Source: Obrimoposthia wandeli (taxonomy: Eukaryota). Taken from it: a DNA stretch of 64,000 nucleotides. Shown here piece after piece: positions 60,438-64,000 of the stretch. The translations under genes were made by a program, and so were the position numbers. The stretch spans positions 62,001 through 126,000 of the forward strand of contig CDROCS010002105.1 in assembly GCA_977020255.1 (NCBI GenBank), written 5' to 3'. A model generated the notes under the pieces. The model worked only from the letters and a program-made list of their open reading frames with translations, had not been told where the DNA came from and ran no database searches. Each line of letters starts with the position of its first letter. Within the stretch, counting starts at the first letter, position 1.

Positions 60438-61523
60438 ATGAATTACAGGTATGAAGGGAGTGATGTGGTTTTTGATATTCCACAGAAAGGAAAGCACATC
60501 TACCTGATTGGTACTTTTACTAATTGGCAAAAAAAAGATGAATACAAATTCATTGAAATGGGAAATAACCTATTATTACGAACAAGCCGTCAGGCAGTGA
60601 ATAAAATTGGTAATTCTGGATATACCGAATATTATTTCTGGGATGACGAAAAACAACAACCTTTGCCTTATGATGATAATCACCCTGCTGGATACGGTTT
60701 TAATAATCAATTCAATGGTAGCTATAATTATTTATTATTGCCTGAAAATATCAGTATTGATGATTTAGATGTAATTATTCGTGATTGTGAGCAGTCGTTT
60801 CAAATTAAAACGATGTCATGTGAGTTTGAATCTGACCGGGTGTTAGCTAACTTTAGAGAAGTAAACGGCGGGAAATTGGCGAAACAAACACTGTTTCGCT
60901 CTTACCATCCAGTTATTCCTTCAAGGGCTGGTCATCCCCAACTAAGAGAGATCGAAACCCAACGTCAACAAACAGCTATGCGTTTACTTGAAATGAACAA
61001 TATACGCACTGTTCTCAATCTTTCAGAAACGGCGCAAGAGCTTGGTGAATATCTTCAAACAGCCGAATCAAGCTATTACAAAACACTGTGGTTCAGTGGG
61101 GGGGTAATAAATGTCCCCGTTGCTTATGAAACAGTGTATTTCATGTCTGATAGGGATGAGAGTTTTAATCCCGATGAATTGGGTTTTCAGACGGGTATCC
61201 AAGCTGTGATTCAGATGATTGCTAATCATCAGCCTCCCTATCATGTTCACTGTCGATTGGGTTCTGACCGAACAGGCGTCGTGATTGCTTTTTTACAGTT
61301 ATTCATGGGTGCAGACAAGGCACTGATAGCAGATAATTATTTGAAAACTAATCAGATGGCAATCGGGGAATATCGCAGTATTCGTTTGCTGGAACATGCA
61401 CTAGAGCAAGCATTAGGAAAGGGATGTTTTGATAATGGCCACTCGATAACGCGCAATTATTTATTGTCGTTAGGGTTAGCGAGTAATGTCATTGAGTTGG
61501 CATATAAAAACTTGGCATCATAA
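60438..61523 (+). CDS. CX5R cysteine phosphatase (MptpB/Y_phosphatase3-like) with an N-terminal CBM48/E-set-like module
   Basis: N-terminal IYLIGTFTNW; then NFREV, LFRS, IRTVLNL, P-loop HCRLGSDRTG, and I..NYLKTN. No signal peptide. Confidence 0.8.
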   Translation: MNYRYEGSDVVFDIPQKGKHIYLIGTFTNWQKKDEYKFIEMGNNLLLRTSRQAVNKIGNSGYTEYYFWDDEKQQPLPYDDNHPAGYGFNNQFNGSYNYLLLPENISIDDLDVIIRDCEQSFQIKTMSCEFESDRVLANFREVNGGKLAKQTLFRSYHPVIPSRAGHPQLREIETQRQQTAMRLLEMNNIRTVLNLSETAQELGEYLQTAESSYYKTLWFSGGVINVPVAYETVYFMSDRDESFNPDELGFQTGIQAVIQMIANHQPPYHVHCRLGSDRTGVVIAFLQLFMGADKALIADNYLKTNQMAIGEYRSIRLLEHALEQALGKGCFDNGHSITRNYLLSLGLASNVIELAYKNLAS

Positions 61524-61559
61524 ATATGATATTCAAAGTGATGACAGTAAATAATAGAT

Positions 61560-61597
61560 AAGCCCGTTACTGCTAGTTATTGCAGTAACGGGCTTTT
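61560..61597. terminator. Bidirectional terminator between the phosphatase gene and glgX
   Basis: AAGCCCGTTACTGC-N8-GCAGTAACGGGCTT, a perfect 14-bp stem. Confidence 0.8.
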
Positions 61598-61620
61598 CAA
61601 TGAAACGTACTGGTCTGTTG

Positions 61621-63570
61621 CTATTCCCGATAAAGAATTGTGATAGATTGGGTGCTTTGCATGTAGGTGGTTTGCGTTTGGCGATTATTAAGAACGGGCT
61701 CTGAGGTATCGCAAACAATACGCCATTTACCGCCAACGGGTAAACGGTATCGAGTTGGAATTGTTGAGCTATTGATTAAAAATAACAGCTCTTTACCATT
61801 CTTATATAGGCCAAGGTAGAGAGCAAAAGCTTCAAGATTTTGCCAATCATCGCTGTTCATTAGTTTGCCATTTGAATGGTTCCAACGAATGCGGTGGTGT
61901 CCACGTTCACTACCACTGAATGCTCTAATAAACGGACTCATCACTTCTTTTCTGGCTTTTACCATCCCTGCAAACCAGTTTTTGAAATTAATATTATCAG
62001 GTGATAATACCCAGTTAGCCCAGCTGATCTCATTATTTTGACAGTAAGCATTGTTATTGCCATTTTGACTATGAGATAGATGATCTACGGCGAGAAGGTG
62101 AGGAATGCCAAAGCTAAATAGTAACGTTGTCATGAGGTTGCGCTTTTGACGTTCGCGCTTATACAGAACCGACAGGTTATCTGTTTCCCCTTCAATCCCG
62201 TGGTTACATGAACGATTGTCACCATGTCCATCAAGGTTTCTTTCACCATTTGCATCATTGTGCTTGTGGTTGTAAGACACGAGATCTTGCAGCGTAAAAC
62301 CATCATGATAGGAAATGAAATTGACTGGAAGTTTGTCTGGCCAACCTCCCGCACTGAAGAAATCGCGAGATCCCATCAGTCGAGTGGCAAATTCTTTGAC
62401 ATTATTTTTATCGCCTAGCCAATGACTCTTGACGGTATCGCGGAATTTATCATTGCACTCGTTCCAACCTCGCGGAAAATTACCGAGTTGATAGCCGTCA
62501 GGACCTACATCCCATGGTTCTGCAATCAATTTGACCTTTTGTAAAATTGGATCTTGTTCAATGGCTTTAAAGAAGGCGCTTTGGGAGTCAAAACGATGCC
62601 CGTTACGTCCTAGTGTTGCTGCCAAATCAAAGCGGAAACCATCAATTTGGTAGTGGATTACCCAGTGCCGCAGAGTATCGATTACAAGGGTTAGGCTCGC
62701 TTGATAAGTAAGATCAACCGTATTACCACAGCCCGTATAGTTGTGATGATTTTCATTTTCATCAAGAAGATAGTAATTCTTATCCAAACACTTCAAATGG
62801 AATTTGGGTCCACCTTCACCACCTTCGGCAGTGTGGTTAAACACGATATCCATGATGACTTCAATACCTTCTTTATGCAACTCCCTTACCATGGTCTTCA
62901 TTTCTGTGACGGCATCATTTATCGCATACCGCGGTTCTGGTGCCATAAAGCATAGGCTGTTATAGCCCCAGAAATTCACTTTATCCATCTTAAGCAAGTG
63001 GGGTTCAGACATGCATGAAGTGACAGGGAGTAATTGAAGGCTGGTTATACCTTGTTCTTTAAAAAACTTGATTGAAGCTGGCTGGCAGAGACCAAGGTAA
63101 GTGCCTCGGTATGGCTCTTCAATATGCTTTTGAAGCTGAGTAAAGCCTTTAACGTGCGTTTCACACAGGATGGTTTCTTCGTACGGTATCTGTGGAAAAG
63201 CGGTGTGTTGCCAATCAAATTGATGGTCAATAACAACAGATCTAGCGAATTTCCAGCTTTCTTTTGCCGTGAAAGGCTCTATATAGAAAGGCGTTTTATT
63301 GAGGGCCTGCGCATATGGGTCGAGAATTAATCTTTCATCTTGTTTGTCTTTAATTTGAAAGCCATAGACCTGTCCAGCGTTAATATTAGGAACGAAGGTA
63401 TAGTGGATATCTAAATGTTTATGATCAAAATCAATGATTGTCTTTTTATTTTCAACGTCGAAAAGAACTAATTTAATTTCTTGGTTATCAGAACAGTGAA
63501 TTGAAAAATTACAACCTTGATCACATATTGTAGCCCCTAAAGGATAAGCTTGAGCTAATTTAGCAGACAT
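61621..63570 (-). CDS. glgX: Glycogen debranching enzyme (GH13_11, isoamylase type)
   Basis: YPLGAT, LDPYA, ETHVKGFT, NFWGYN, DIVFNHTAE, DGFRFDLA, IAEPWD, HDGFTLQDLVSY. Start is the ATG at 63570 (alternative 63597). Confidence 0.94.
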   Translation of the reverse strand: MSAKLAQAYPLGATICDQGCNFSIHCSDNQEIKLVLFDVENKKTIIDFDHKHLDIHYTFVPNINAGQVYGFQIKDKQDERLILDPYAQALNKTPFYIEPFTAKESWKFARSVVIDHQFDWQHTAFPQIPYEETILCETHVKGFTQLQKHIEEPYRGTYLGLCQPASIKFFKEQGITSLQLLPVTSCMSEPHLLKMDKVNFWGYNSLCFMAPEPRYAINDAVTEMKTMVRELHKEGIEVIMDIVFNHTAEGGEGGPKFHLKCLDKNYYLLDENENHHNYTGCGNTVDLTYQASLTLVIDTLRHWVIHYQIDGFRFDLAATLGRNGHRFDSQSAFFKAIEQDPILQKVKLIAEPWDVGPDGYQLGNFPRGWNECNDKFRDTVKSHWLGDKNNVKEFATRLMGSRDFFSAGGWPDKLPVNFISYHDGFTLQDLVSYNHKHNDANGERNLDGHGDNRSCNHGIEGETDNLSVLYKRERQKRNLMTTLLFSFGIPHLLAVDHLSHSQNGNNNAYCQNNEISWANWVLSPDNINFKNWFAGMVKARKEVMSPFIRAFSGSERGHHRIRWNHSNGKLMNSDDWQNLEAFALYLGLYKNGKELLFLINSSTIPTRYRLPVGGKWRIVCDTSEPVLNNRQTQTTYMQSTQSITILYRE

Positions 63571-63834
63571 TGAATCGATCTCTTTACTTATTTGCATATT
63601 TATACGTGCTATTAAATAGTGAAATCCCCCTCAGTCAAGAAATGTTTTTGAAAAAAATTAATTAATTAATTGTGTCGTTTTTATTTTATATTTTTTCTTT
63701 AAACATTGAGTTGATCTCTTTACTTATTTTTATTTTAATAAACGCTATTAAATAGTGATGATTTCCTCAGTCAAGGCATGTTTTTTTGATAAAAAATAAA
63801 AACTAATTAAGTAACTAAATATTCCGTTTTTATT
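63567..63834. repeat. Imperfect tandem duplication of the glgX 5' region (63567-63685 and 63703-63834)
   Basis: Shared blocks ACATTGA..GATCTCTTTACTTATTT, GCTATTAAATAGTGA, CCTCAGTCAAG..ATGTTTTT and CGTTTTTATT. Confidence 0.85.
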
Positions 63835-63905
63835 AAAAATAAGTGACTGACATCTTACTTTTCTTTTGTGTTTTGTATTTTTATTACAGGTATACGCCTA
63901 ATCTT

Positions 63906-63986
63906 CGTGAGATGTATCACGAAATACATCAACCTCTTAATTACTACGCCCCTCTACTCCTCCCTCTCATCCTGATAGTAGGATGA
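63906..63986. promoter_or_regulatory. CRP site plus three MalT-like boxes
   Basis: cGTGA-gatgta-TCACg at 63906-63921. GGAGGA and GGATGA on the minus strand (63958-63963, 63967-63972) and GGATGA on the plus strand (63981-63986). Confidence 0.55.
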
Positions 63987-64000
63987 TGTGTATAGCTGTA

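Noticed and set aside
60438-61523. Secreted virulence tyrosine phosphatase or PTP-like phytase
   Set aside because: No signal peptide, the P-loop is DRTG-type rather than phytase GxGRT, and the context is alpha-glucan metabolism. It is not fully excluded until assayed.
1-64000. rRNA, tRNA, CRISPR-cas, toxin-antitoxin or anti-phage genes
   Set aside because: None were recognised by eye or in the ORF track; tRNAscan/Infernal could still reveal small RNAs.

Overview
A mostly AT-rich, accessory-looking window from a Vibrionaceae-like genome (Photobacterium-type is an inference from gene content). No rRNA, tRNA, CRISPR array, integrase or transposase was recognised. Left to right it holds: a MacA-like efflux adaptor; a uhpAB-uhpC-afuABC sugar-phosphate sensing and uptake locus; a sigma54/NtrC-type ammonium transporter; a divergent redox module; a chemoreceptor; an MFS/AraC cassette bracketed by a 171-bp direct repeat of the tnaA 3' end; tnaC-tnaA; several secreted orphan proteins; an rsgA paralog; HD-GYP, AlkC-like and LRR genes; malic enzyme; an auxiliary trpS with a Trp-Trp leader peptide; yceJI; a Fur-boxed fumC operon; and an alpha-glucan region (amylase, glgCA, GH31, GH13_31, glgX). 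The redox module has cytochrome c-ccoN-ccoO-ccoP on one side, with CcoP fused to a triheme cytochrome c. On the other side it has a Tat-exported Mo-hydroxylase, a 2Fe-2S subunit, a triheme cytochrome c and XdhC. The two strongest leads are (1) this Mo-hydroxylase/cbb3 oxidase module with a five-heme CcoP fusion, and (2) a cytoplasmic protein with a glycogen-binding-like N-terminus and a CX5R phosphatase domain inside the alpha-glucan cluster, a candidate bacterial glucan phosphatase analogous to laforin/SEX4. All family assignments come from motif recognition by eye; no database searches were run.
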